In this document: in pieces, positions 38,790-48,015 of the stretch
Numbering within the stretch: the stretch's first letter is position 1
Layout: every line of letters starts with the position of its first letter
Position numbers and translations under genes: made by a program
Notes under the pieces: generated by a model
Told to the model about the DNA's origin: nothing
Databases searched by the model: none
What the model saw: the letters and a program-made list of their open reading frames with translations, nothing else
NCBI GenBank assembly: GCA_037189525.1
Contig: JBBCJC010000005.1
Span: 1,056,001 to 1,120,000 of the forward strand
DNA length: 64,000 bases
DNA from: Gemmatimonadales bacterium
GTDB taxonomy: Bacteria > Gemmatimonadota > Gemmatimonadetes > Gemmatimonadales > GWC2-71-9
Direction: 5' to 3'

Positions 38790-40060
38790 GAATTTTCGTC
38801 GTCGGAAACGGGGGCCGAGAGCATGCACTGCTCTGGGCCCTCCAGCGGGAACTGCCAGACGCCACGCTCTATTGCGCCCCCGGCAACGCGGGCACCGCCA
38901 CCCTGGCCACCAATCTCCCCATTGCAGTCGATCGGCTCGACGAGCTCGCGGGCGCCGCCGTCGAGCGGAGGGTCGACCTCGCCATCGTCGGTCCGGAGGC
39001 GCCGCTTGCTCTGGGACTGGCGGATCGGTTCCGGGCGGCGGGCATTGCGACCTTCGGACCGAGCGGCGCCGCTGCGCAGATCGAGTCGTCCAAGGCGTGG
39101 GCCAAGGATGTCATGACGGCGGCCAACGTCCCGACCGCCACGAGCATGACGTTCGGCGACCTGGCAGGTGCGCTGGCCTATATCGATCGCCATGAGGAGC
39201 CGCTGGTCGTCAAGGCGAGCGGGCTCGCGGCGGGCAAAGGCGCCGTCGTCTGCGCCACGCGAGATGAAGCACGCGACGCGGTGCGCAGCATGCTGGACGA
39301 CCGGATCTTCGGCGAGGCCGGCGAGCTGGTGGTGGTCGAGTCGTTTCTCCAGGGCGAGGAGCTGTCCGTCTTTGCCGTGACCGACGGCCGGGACATTCGG
39401 CTGCTCCCGCCCGCGCAGGATCACAAACGCCTGCTGGCCGGCGACTTGGGCCCCAACACCGGCGGCATGGGCGCCTACAGCCCGGTCCGGCTCGCGACCG
39501 ACGCGCTGCTCGACAAAGTGCAGTCGCAGGTGCTCGAACCGACGCTGACCGAGATGGCGCGGCGGGGCGCGGCGTTTACGGGGCTGCTCTATGCGGGCTT
39601 GATGATCGACCGCGGTGGCAATCCCTCGGTCGTCGAGTTCAACTGCCGCTTCGGCGATCCGGAAACGCAAGTCGTATTGCCTCGGCTGGATGGCAGTCTG
39701 TTGGCGCTCCTCGAAGCGTGTGCGACCGGTCAGCATCTCCCGCCAGTCCGGGTCCGTGATATTGCCGCCGTCACCACGGTGCTTGCGGCCGCCGGCTACC
39801 CTGACAAACCGGAAAAGGGCGCTGCGATCGAGATTCCCGATGACCTGCCGGATACGGCCATGGTCTTTCATGCGGGAACGACCAGGGATGCCGACGGCGT
39901 GCTCCGCGTCAACGGCGGCCGGGTCCTGGCCGTGACGGGCACGGGGCCGACCTTTGCTGCTGCGCAGGCGGCGAGCCGCGCGGCGGCCGAACAGATCCAA
40001 TTCGCGGGCCGGCAATTTCGCGACGACATCGGATGGCGGGAGGCCGCCCGCACCACCTGA
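38786..40060 (+). CDS. purD: Phosphoribosylamine--glycine ligase
   Basis: GNGGREHA, VGPEAPL, KASGLAAGKG, QDHKR, GPNTGGMGAY, EFNCRFGDPE. Confidence 0.98.
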   Translation: MRIFVVGNGGREHALLWALQRELPDATLYCAPGNAGTATLATNLPIAVDRLDELAGAAVERRVDLAIVGPEAPLALGLADRFRAAGIATFGPSGAAAQIESSKAWAKDVMTAANVPTATSMTFGDLAGALAYIDRHEEPLVVKASGLAAGKGAVVCATRDEARDAVRSMLDDRIFGEAGELVVVESFLQGEELSVFAVTDGRDIRLLPPAQDHKRLLAGDLGPNTGGMGAYSPVRLATDALLDKVQSQVLEPTLTEMARRGAAFTGLLYAGLMIDRGGNPSVVEFNCRFGDPETQVVLPRLDGSLLALLEACATGQHLPPVRVRDIAAVTTVLAAAGYPDKPEKGAAIEIPDDLPDTAMVFHAGTTRDADGVLRVNGGRVLAVTGTGPTFAAAQAASRAAAEQIQFAGRQFRDDIGWREAARTT

Positions 40061-40072
40061 CTCCGAGCATCG

Positions 40073-40894
40073 ATGCCTGAGCTGCCCGAAGTCGAAACCA
40101 TGGTCCGTGACCTCACGCCGCTCCTTTCGGGGCGGCGGATTCGCGATGTCCGCGTCGTGCGCCCCGATGTGCTCGACGGGGTTTCGGCGCGGGTACTCAC
40201 CACCGGGCTCACCGGCGCGACCGTCGCCAGCCTCGCACGCCGCGCCAAGAATGCCGTCATCGTCACCGATCGCAAGCGCCTGGTCATTCAACCCGGCATG
40301 ACCGGCGCGTTGTTCGTCAAACGGAGCCTCGATGCTTCGGACGAACGGTACGCGGTACTGCGCGCGGTACTCGACACGGGCGAGACACTCGTCTATCACG
40401 ACGTCCGCCGCTTCGGCACGATCCGATGGCTCGACCCGGAGGGCTGGAACCGGTTTTCGGACGAGTTTGGCCCGGAGCCGCTGGATCCGGCGTTCACGCC
40501 GGCCGTGCTAGCGGAGATTCTCGGGAGCTCGCGCGCGGCGGTCAAGAAAGTTCTGATGGATCAGAAGCAGTTGGCCGGGGTCGGCAACATCTACGCCAAC
40601 GAGGCGCTCTTCTACGCCGGTGTCGATCCGTCCAAGCCGGCGGACCGGGTGCCAGCCGACCGGATCGCGCCGCTGCACCATCACCTGGTCCGCATCCTGG
40701 GCGATGCGGTGGCTGCGCAAGGGAGCACCATCCGGGACTACCGGACCGGCACCGGCGAGCCGGGCAGCTTCCAGGGCTCGCTGGCGGTCTATGATCGCGC
40801 CGGGGAGCCGTGCCGCCAATGCGGAACGCCGCTGGCAGGTACGCACACCATCGACGGCCGGACCACGGTGTTCTGCTACCGGTGCCAGACCTGA
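40073..40894 (+). CDS. mutM: Formamidopyrimidine-DNA glycosylase
   Basis: MPELPEVE, GMTG, GVGNIYANE, C-terminal zinc finger CRQC...CYRCQ. Confidence 0.96.
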   Translation: MPELPEVETMVRDLTPLLSGRRIRDVRVVRPDVLDGVSARVLTTGLTGATVASLARRAKNAVIVTDRKRLVIQPGMTGALFVKRSLDASDERYAVLRAVLDTGETLVYHDVRRFGTIRWLDPEGWNRFSDEFGPEPLDPAFTPAVLAEILGSSRAAVKKVLMDQKQLAGVGNIYANEALFYAGVDPSKPADRVPADRIAPLHHHLVRILGDAVAAQGSTIRDYRTGTGEPGSFQGSLAVYDRAGEPCRQCGTPLAGTHTIDGRTTVFCYRCQT

Positions 40895-40895
40895 G

Positions 40896-41990
40896 ATGAC
40901 GACGACTCTGCTCCCGCCGACCACCGACCCGGCCGCACTTCGGCTCCGGGTCAAGGCGCTCGCGGAGCATCGTCCCGGTATCTACCGGATGGTCGATCCG
41001 CTGGGCCGGATCATCTATGTCGGGAAGGCCAAGCGGCTCAAGGCGCGGCTGCTCTCGTATTTCACGGCCCGGTTTCCGGAGGACAAGGCCGCGCGGATCC
41101 TCCAGGCGGCGGCCAACATCACCTGGGACTATCAGCCGAGCGAGTTCGCGGCCTGCCTGGCCGAGTTGCGGGAAATCCGGCGGATCCGGCCGGCGTTCAA
41201 CCATCAGATGAACCGGACCCGCCGGAATGCCTCATTCATCACCGTCTCCTCGGGGCCGGCGCCGCGCCTGGCGGTGACAGCATCCACCGGACGGACCGAT
41301 CTGCGCTACTTCGGCCCCTTCGCTTCCTCCGCACGGACGGCGGACGGGGTTCGGGTGCTGAACGACCTGCTCGGTCTTCGGGACTGCGCCGAGAAGATGC
41401 CGGTGGTCTTTCCGGGCCAGGGCGATCTCTTTGCCGAGCCGATGCGGGCGGGGTGCGCGCGCTACGAGTTCGGCACCTGCAGCGGCCCCTGCGCCGGGCT
41501 GGTCGAAGAGCGCAGCTACCGGGAGCGGATCGACGCGGCGGTGCGGTTTCTGAACGGGCAGGCGCTCCGTCCGATGGATCGGGTCGTCGATCAGATGACG
41601 AGCGCCGCCGATCGGGACGACTTCGAAGCTGCGACCCGCTGGCGCGACAAGTTCGAAAGCCTGGAGTGGCTGGTTGCGGCAGGCGCCCGTGCCCGGGCGG
41701 CGATCCATGCGCTGACGTTCGTATTCCGGGAGCCGGGCGACTTCGGGGATGACCGAGTCTACCTGATCCGGCACGGCCTGGTGCGCGCCGCCTATCCCTA
41801 CCCCACCACGCCGATCGAACGCGAGGCGTTCAAGGCGGTGGTCGATACCGAGATGCAGACCCCGCTCCCGGCCGCGGGACTGCTCGATCACGCCACGATG
41901 GACGAGATGCTCCTGGTGATGGCCTGGTTCCGACGTCACCCGGAGGCGTGGCGGCGAACCACACCGATCGAGCGCTGGCTGGCGGCCTAA
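40896..41990 (+). CDS. UvrC/Cho-like GIY-YIG endonuclease with UVR domain
   Basis: PGIYRM...IIYVGKAKRLKARLLSYF, Cys cluster (LRDC...C...CSGPC), UVR motif M..AA...DFEAATRWRD. No RNase-H or HhH C-terminal half. Confidence 0.85.
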   Translation: MTTTLLPPTTDPAALRLRVKALAEHRPGIYRMVDPLGRIIYVGKAKRLKARLLSYFTARFPEDKAARILQAAANITWDYQPSEFAACLAELREIRRIRPAFNHQMNRTRRNASFITVSSGPAPRLAVTASTGRTDLRYFGPFASSARTADGVRVLNDLLGLRDCAEKMPVVFPGQGDLFAEPMRAGCARYEFGTCSGPCAGLVEERSYRERIDAAVRFLNGQALRPMDRVVDQMTSAADRDDFEAATRWRDKFESLEWLVAAGARARAAIHALTFVFREPGDFGDDRVYLIRHGLVRAAYPYPTTPIEREAFKAVVDTEMQTPLPAAGLLDHATMDEMLLVMAWFRRHPEAWRRTTPIERWLAA

Positions 41991-42025
41991 CCGGCGCCAG
42001 CTCGCTGACGGTATCGCCGGATCTG

Positions 42026-45000
42026 CTACTCGGGAACGGCTATCCGCACGGGTTGCACGGCGTTACCGGTCGACCCGTTGGCATGCCGCCCGCCCGCGGC
42101 CATGCCCCAGCAATAGAGGTCTCCCGCCGTCGTCACCCCGCAGGCGCCGGCATCGAAGCGTGACAGCTGCGCAAAGCGATGCGCACCGAGTACCGGCGCC
42201 GGCGACGGCTCCCGATCCGGGCGGCCGGTTCCGGTGTAAGGGCCAAACCCCCAGCAAAACGCCTGACCGTCGGCGTCGAGTGCGCAGCCGCCGGGCGTTG
42301 CGTTGACCCAGGTCCGCCCAGTGAGCATCACCTGCGGATTGTCGACGCGCCCGATCGCCCCGGTGGGCAGATCCAGGGAAGAGCCCCAGCACACCCCGGT
42401 TGCCTGCAGAGTCACCCCGCAGATCGCCTGATCCGACACCGAGATGGTGGTGAGACTCTGCGGACCGAACCGAGCCGTCGGCACGGCCGCATCCTCGCCC
42501 ACCGCTGTCGGCCGCCACCGATTCCCGGAGCCCCAGCAGTAGCCGCCTCCCTCGATGGTAACACCGCAGGTGAACCAGGCGCCGGCGCTGAGCGACTTCC
42601 AGATATGGCTTCCCACGACCCGTTGCGGCGAGAACTCCCGCGCGGAGAAGGTCCCGCTGCCCAGCTGTCCATCGGAATTGGCCCCCCAGCAGTAGGCCGA
42701 GCCGTTATCGGCCACGCCGCAGGTATGCCAGTTCCCCACCGTGATCGATTGGATCGGGGGCAGGCCGGGTACCCGCACCGGCGTCGCCTGGAAATCCGCT
42801 GTCGCGGCGGGACCGACCCCGCCGTTCAAGGAATTGCCCCAGCACCAGACTTCCCCGTTGACTGTGAGTCCGCAGGTGTGATCATGATCGGTGTCCACCT
42901 GGACCCACTGCTGGCCTCCGACGACCCGGGTCGGAGTTGGCACGATCTGGCTCAGCGTACCGATCCCGGCCTGGCCGTGCAGGTTGGGTCCCCAGCAATA
43001 GAGGGCTCGATCGTCCGTGATGCCGCAGACGGTGCTGCCTTGACTGACATGGGCCCAGCGACGGCCGAGCCTGGTCGAGGCGCGCGCGACCTTATGCCCG
43101 TCGGCGTCGATCAGCTCGACCTCGACGGTATTCATCGCCGCATTGAAGATCTGCTCGAGATACGGGCGGTCGAACGGCGTGGTGGTCTCGGTTGTGCCCA
43201 CCGTCCAGCGGTAGCGCATCGATGCGTCGCCGATGCCTCCGTTCTCGACCCGGAAGGTCACCGGCTGGGCAACCTGCGGCACGCTCGGCTCGACGGCTAG
43301 GGTGAATTCGACCCGTTCGGTATCGAGCCAGGTCCAGTCGATCGTCTTGGCCAGATCCACGTTGAGCGGTCGCCAGGTGTGCAGCAACCCGCCCGAGTAG
43401 CGCGCGATGGTCGGCATCCGAAACAGCGTCCCTTCGACACCGTCGTCCCGATCGTCGTTGACGAGGGTGCCCGTGGTGGTGAAGGCCGGGGTGAGGATCC
43501 GATCGGGATGAAAGGGACCACTCCGCTTGAACCCGCAGGAGGCGCAGCGGGTCCGCACGTAGAGAGATTCGCTCGCCGTCACCACCCGGTCCTCGAGTGC
43601 GCGCCAGACGGTATCGACCGGATCCCGATACTCCTTGATCAGCGCGGGGAACTGCCCATTCCCGATGGTGCCGTTCTCGTATGCCGCCCAGTAGCGCTCC
43701 ATGTCCGCCAGCGGCACCAGCGCCGACGCGCCCAGCAGGAACACCTGGGTATACGGCTCGAGCGGCTCATCGGCGCTCGAGCTGAAGTCGAACGGGGTCC
43801 AGGCGGTGCCATCGAACGAAAGCTGCCGGCCCAGCCCAGGCTCTTTGGTGCTCGAGACGCCGAACTTCCAGGCATTCATGTCGAAAGCGACGATCGATTG
43901 CGCCCCTCGCGACCGGCCACTCGGGTACACGGCAACGAGCCGAGGCAGCGGCTTCAGCCAGAGCGCCAGCGCGAGGGCTCGGGCCTGGTTGACCGCCCAA
44001 CTCTGACCGGCGGATGCGGCGGAGTCCATCAGGAAGGAGACGCGGTCGTTGACGACCGAGGTGTTATGGATGTCGGCGTGGATGACCGAGGCAAGCCGGA
44101 TGGCCCGGGCGTTGTCGTGGTTGAAATCGACGATCCGATCGTCGCGAGTGAACAGCGGCCCCTCGATGTGCTTCCTTCGCAGGAAGTGGTACAGGGCGGA
44201 GACGCTGGCGCCGGTCGAGTATCCGTGGGGCATCAGCCACGACCCCCGGTTTTCGAAGGGCCAGTCGTCGACCCGCGGCCGATATCCCGTGCTCACCGAC
44301 CCGCCCAGCGTTTCGAGCGGCACCGACACCATCACGACATCGGCGGATTCGGGCGCTTCGTTCGATGACCCGGCGCGGAGCGCCGCCGCCCCGGCCGGGA
44401 CCAGTTGCGCCCGCGCGGTATGGCGGGTCATCACGACGATGGTGCTGTCGGTCCGGCCCAGGAGCGGCAGCGGGTCCCAGGTCTCGGTGGCTGCATCGTA
44501 GTAGAAGGCCCCAACGGCCCGATCCGCCGCTACCCGGGCAGGCAGGGTAATCGTGAACGGTAGCGCAGCGTAACCCGTTTGCCCGTTGCTGAACCGAAGG
44601 GCGGAGCCCACTTGCTCCGCACCGGCGGGAAGTGTCGGAGTGAGGTTGGCCACGGTGGCCACCGTCCATCGGGTTGCCGTTGCAAAGGCGCCGGACGGCA
44701 CGGCGATACGAAGGCCATACGCGGCCGAGGCGGGATCCTCCACCGCCAGCACACCGCCACCGGGAGCGATCGCCACATCATCGAGAACCACCCGGACCGG
44801 GTTCGGAAGCGTGACGGTGATGGATGCGGAGGCGCTCTTGCTGCCATCGGCCACGCTGGTGGCAGTGACCGCGTAGTTCCCCGGGGTGGCGGGAGCGGTC
44901 CACACCATGGCGCCGGCGGTTCCCGCGAGAGTCCCTCCGGAGCTACTCCAGGTCACGGCAGTATTGGTTGCGTTGACGACCGTCGCCGTGAACTGCTGAG

Positions 45001-45169
45001 TCTCTCCGGCCTCGACGGTGGCGGTGGTCGGCATCACCGAGATCGCAACCGCCGCAGGAGGCGGGGGCGGTGGAGGCGGAGCAACCGGCTCGGTTCCCCC
45101 ACAGGCAGCCAGGACGGCGCCAAGGGCCGGCACAATCGAGCGCGCGGCCAAACGACGACAGAAATCCAT
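42026..45169 (-). CDS. Large lipoprotein: Ig-like domain, ZU5-like region, central domain and RCC1 repeats
   Basis: Lipobox LAAC, poly-Pro, Ig-like VEAGETQQFTATV..VTWS, RCC1 repeats (HTCG.....G..YCWG.N..GQLG). Confidence 0.85.
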   Translation of the reverse strand: MDFCRRLAARSIVPALGAVLAACGGTEPVAPPPPPPPPAAVAISVMPTTATVEAGETQQFTATVVNATNTAVTWSSSGGTLAGTAGAMVWTAPATPGNYAVTATSVADGSKSASASITVTLPNPVRVVLDDVAIAPGGGVLAVEDPASAAYGLRIAVPSGAFATATRWTVATVANLTPTLPAGAEQVGSALRFSNGQTGYAALPFTITLPARVAADRAVGAFYYDAATETWDPLPLLGRTDSTIVVMTRHTARAQLVPAGAAALRAGSSNEAPESADVVMVSVPLETLGGSVSTGYRPRVDDWPFENRGSWLMPHGYSTGASVSALYHFLRRKHIEGPLFTRDDRIVDFNHDNARAIRLASVIHADIHNTSVVNDRVSFLMDSAASAGQSWAVNQARALALALWLKPLPRLVAVYPSGRSRGAQSIVAFDMNAWKFGVSSTKEPGLGRQLSFDGTAWTPFDFSSSADEPLEPYTQVFLLGASALVPLADMERYWAAYENGTIGNGQFPALIKEYRDPVDTVWRALEDRVVTASESLYVRTRCASCGFKRSGPFHPDRILTPAFTTTGTLVNDDRDDGVEGTLFRMPTIARYSGGLLHTWRPLNVDLAKTIDWTWLDTERVEFTLAVEPSVPQVAQPVTFRVENGGIGDASMRYRWTVGTTETTTPFDRPYLEQIFNAAMNTVEVELIDADGHKVARASTRLGRRWAHVSQGSTVCGITDDRALYCWGPNLHGQAGIGTLSQIVPTPTRVVGGQQWVQVDTDHDHTCGLTVNGEVWCWGNSLNGGVGPAATADFQATPVRVPGLPPIQSITVGNWHTCGVADNGSAYCWGANSDGQLGSGTFSAREFSPQRVVGSHIWKSLSAGAWFTCGVTIEGGGYCWGSGNRWRPTAVGEDAAVPTARFGPQSLTTISVSDQAICGVTLQATGVCWGSSLDLPTGAIGRVDNPQVMLTGRTWVNATPGGCALDADGQAFCWGFGPYTGTGRPDREPSPAPVLGAHRFAQLSRFDAGACGVTTAGDLYCWGMAAGGRHANGSTGNAVQPVRIAVPE

Positions 45170-45398
45170 GAGGAGCCCCTACACGTTAGCCCGGTGATGA
45201 GAGGCGCAAACCGGGCTCGCGAGGGATCATGCGACTTGCCCCTCGGCGCTGCCGCCGACCGGCAGGGCCGAGTATCAAGGCAAGCGAATCGTCCTGGGAA
45301 AACCATGGGATATCGATGCCACGAGTGGCCGGATGACGATGCCCCCGCGGGTATGCCCGACGCCGGGGGAGGAAGGAAGCCCTTCCCCGGCATCGCTG

Positions 45399-46130
45399 TT
45401 ACTTGGGCTTCTTCCCGGGTCGGCTGTCCCGCAGTGGCGCCGATGGCTGGAACGCCACCTCATCCGTCTCCGTCGTCGTCTCGCGGCGTGACGCCGTCAT
45501 GGTCTCGGAGTCGGCAGTTTTATCGCCGCGCTTAGCGGCCTTGCCGGACTTGCCGCGCGCCGCTGAGCGGGACGACCCGGCGCTCGAGTCAGCCTCCTCG
45601 TCCTCGTCCATTTCTTCGTCGTCATCCTCATCCTGATCGGCGACCGACTCGGCTTCCTGATTGATCGTCGCCGCCAGCGCGGTCAATGCTTCATCGGTGG
45701 CCGCTTCCTCGTCGAGCGTCTGCTGCAACACCGCGGCGTGATCCTCATATCCGAGGTGTTGGGCCCAGGTGCGCGCAGTCCCATACCCGGCAATTTCGTA
45801 GTGTTCGACCCGCTGCGCCGCCGCGATGAGCCCTGCATCGAGAACGTCACCTTCGAAGTCTTCGCCGAGCAGTTCCTTGCCCTCGGAGATGAGACCCTCC
45901 ATACCGACACACTTTTTCCCGCGCGGCGAGACATCCAGCGCCTCGCAGATATCTTCGAGCCGTTTGACGTGCTCCCCCGTCTGGCGCTCGTGCGCGGTAA
46001 ACGCCTTCCGAAGCTTCGGCGCAGTTGCGGCCTTGGCCATCCGGGGGAGCATCGTCAACAGTTGCTTTTCCGCGCTCCAGAGATCTCGCAGTTCGTCCAC
46101 AAAGAGGTCATGGAATGATTCGCGTGGCAT
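45399..46130 (-). CDS. YciE/YciF (DUF892) ferritin-like stress protein with acidic/basic disordered tail
   Basis: ELRDLWSAEKQ, H..RLE, C.GMEGLI.EG, AAAQRVEHYEIAGYG, TLDEE. GGAG RBS. Confidence 0.92.
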   Translation of the reverse strand: MPRESFHDLFVDELRDLWSAEKQLLTMLPRMAKAATAPKLRKAFTAHERQTGEHVKRLEDICEALDVSPRGKKCVGMEGLISEGKELLGEDFEGDVLDAGLIAAAQRVEHYEIAGYGTARTWAQHLGYEDHAAVLQQTLDEEAATDEALTALAATINQEAESVADQDEDDDEEMDEDEEADSSAGSSRSAARGKSGKAAKRGDKTADSETMTASRRETTTETDEVAFQPSAPLRDSRPGKKPK

Positions 46131-46234
46131 ACACGGTACTCCACCTTTCCAGGCTACGGTGAATGATTGCGTACGATGTCTATACCAGCTGGCCGCGGCA
46201 GGCGGGCATGCGACGCCACCCGCCTGCCCGCGAC

Positions 46235-46582
46235 TCACCGTGGATCGTGCGGCGTCAGGATATCCTCGAGCCGGTCGTCACGCGACAGCAGGTCATCCTC
46301 CGGGAAATCCGTTGCATTCTTCGTCGTTCGGTCCTTCGGATCGGATGACTCATCACGCCGTCCCGGGTTGGTGGGCCGATTCGGATCGTTGGGGCGATTC
46401 GGATCGTTCGGCCGGCTCGGATCGTTGGGTCGATTCGGATCGTTGGGACGGCTCGGGTCGTTGGGCCGGCTCGGGTCGTTGGGACGGTTCGGATCGTTCG
46501 GCCGGTTCGGGTCGTTGGGCCGATTCGGATCAGTCGTACGGTTCGAGGACGGGGTCCGTTCACGTGCTGTTTCGTTTGCCAT
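46235..46582 (-). CDS. Small hydrophilic protein with nine P(N/S)RPND repeats
   Basis: GGAGG RBS 5 nt before ATG; co-oriented upstream of the yciF-like gene; repeats vary mainly at synonymous positions. Confidence 0.75.
   Translation of the reverse strand: MANETARERTPSSNRTTDPNRPNDPNRPNDPNRPNDPSRPNDPSRPNDPNRPNDPSRPNDPNRPNDPNRPTNPGRRDESSDPKDRTTKNATDFPEDDLLSRDDRLEDILTPHDPR
46367..46528 (-). repeat. Tandem 18-bp repeat x9 (coding)
   Basis: Plus-strand units about CGTT(G/C)GGnCGrTTCGG(A/G)T; no spacers. Confidence 0.92.
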
Positions 46583-46860
46583 GGGCGCCTCCGATCGCAG
46601 GTATCGAGCTCTCTCCGCAGCGCAGTCGCGGTGCAGTACTTGGGAGACGCCACCAATACACTACGAGAGTACACTTGCTTGGTACGCATACGCCGTGACC
46701 GGAAACCGGAGTTGGGTATGTCTAAGAATTGCGCACAATTTGATAGAAGCTTTGACACCTGCGGTGCGTGGTGTCGCAATTGCGGCGCAACTCCGTCATA
46801 GCTTGTGAGCCCCCGCGACACAGGGCCGCTTTCCACTGATCCGCTTGAACCGGAGGTCCC

Positions 46861-47061
46861 ATGCACGACATGACTCCTGAAACGGCTGCCCGGCCGAGCC
46901 TCCGCATCCGGCTCAGGATCATTGCAAGCGTCGCGGCGAGCGTGGCCGTGCTCGCCCTTGCGGTGCGGTGGTATGAGGGACGCCGGCGACGAATCGACCG
47001 GCCCCGATTGCGCAACGAGCCTGAGCCCGAGCCGAGGCCACCCTCGACCCCGGAAGATTGA
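46861..47061 (+). CDS. Small single-pass membrane protein (66 aa)
   Basis: GGAGG RBS; one hydrophobic helix IIASVAASVAVLALAV followed by an Arg-rich stretch. Confidence 0.6.
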   Translation: MHDMTPETAARPSLRIRLRIIASVAASVAVLALAVRWYEGRRRRIDRPRLRNEPEPEPRPPSTPED

Positions 47062-47076
47062 CCGCCTGCGAGAGGC

Positions 47077-47598
47077 CTATCCTACAGGTTCAGGTCTCTC
47101 CCCTGAGATCATCTCAGCACCGGGTTCGATCAATGCCTCCATCATCGTCTCCAGAGTTTCGAGCACCGAGGCTTCCTCGTTCCAGATATCCTCCAAAAGC
47201 GCAACCTGGTCCGAATAGCCCAGGGCGAGGGCGTGGCTCCGGGCGGTTGCGTACCTGGTGACCTTGTAATGAGCGATCTGATGGACCACGGCCACCAGAG
47301 CCGCATCCATGACGTGGTCACGATAATCATCGGCGAGGACCGCATTGGCACGAGCGATGAGACCGTCCATCCCGGCACAACGCCTGACCCGGACCGGTTC
47401 CCCCAATTCTTCGCCGATCCGCTCGAGCCGCCGAACGTGGTGATCGAGTTGGCGGGAGTGGTCGATCAGGACCTGCCGGAGCAACGGAGCAGTCGCCTTT
47501 CGCGCCATCCGGGACAACGGCACCACCAAACGTTTCTCGGCGCTCCAAAGGTGCAGCAAATCATCGACGTACATGATCCGAAGCAGTTCGCGGGGCAT
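47077..47598 (-). CDS. Divergent YciE/YciF (DUF892) paralog
   Basis: Aligns by eye with the 45399-46130 product (LWSAEK, RRLERI, CAGMDGLI, LGY.D) but lacks several Glu ligands. Confidence 0.85.
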   Translation of the reverse strand: MPRELLRIMYVDDLLHLWSAEKRLVVPLSRMARKATAPLLRQVLIDHSRQLDHHVRRLERIGEELGEPVRVRRCAGMDGLIARANAVLADDYRDHVMDAALVAVVHQIAHYKVTRYATARSHALALGYSDQVALLEDIWNEEASVLETLETMMEALIEPGAEMISGERPEPVG

Positions 47599-48015
47599 GT
47601 GGTTCTCGATTCTTCTTTATGAGGCAATTCCTGCAGATGCAGGGCTATAAGAGCCATCGTGGTGCGCGATGATAAAAACCAGACGCCCCCTGCTCGTTTA
47701 CCTACACAAAACCCGAGTAAACCCCGCAGTCATGGTGAAGGATCGTTCACCTGAAGCGTCCAGCCCGGCCGGCGGGCGAAGAAAGTCAATTCGGGCGAGG
47801 TCATATGGCGGAGGACGTTGCGGGGATCTACCTTCACGCTGGAGGCAGGGTCAGGATGACTTTCGATCACCCCTGCCTCCCGTGGCGGGGGCGGACCAGG
47901 CTGCTGCTCGGTTAGAGCGGAGCTCATCCGCGTTCCCTCAATGCAGTACGCTGCAGCGACGCCTCACCCCGCCCCGCTGCGCGATCGAGTCCTAATGATT
48001 CATAGTAGGAGCCCT

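Noticed and set aside
46367..46528. CRISPR array
   Set aside because: 18-bp units are contiguous without unique spacers, are in frame with a protein, and no cas genes are present.
46140..46680. Sigma54 promoters in the stress cluster
   Set aside because: Candidates read GG-N10-GT rather than GG-N10-GC.
46167..46808. Plus-strand (GRFGSL)n ORF
   Set aside because: No RBS; antisense to the minus ORF that has a strong GGAGG and fits operon direction.
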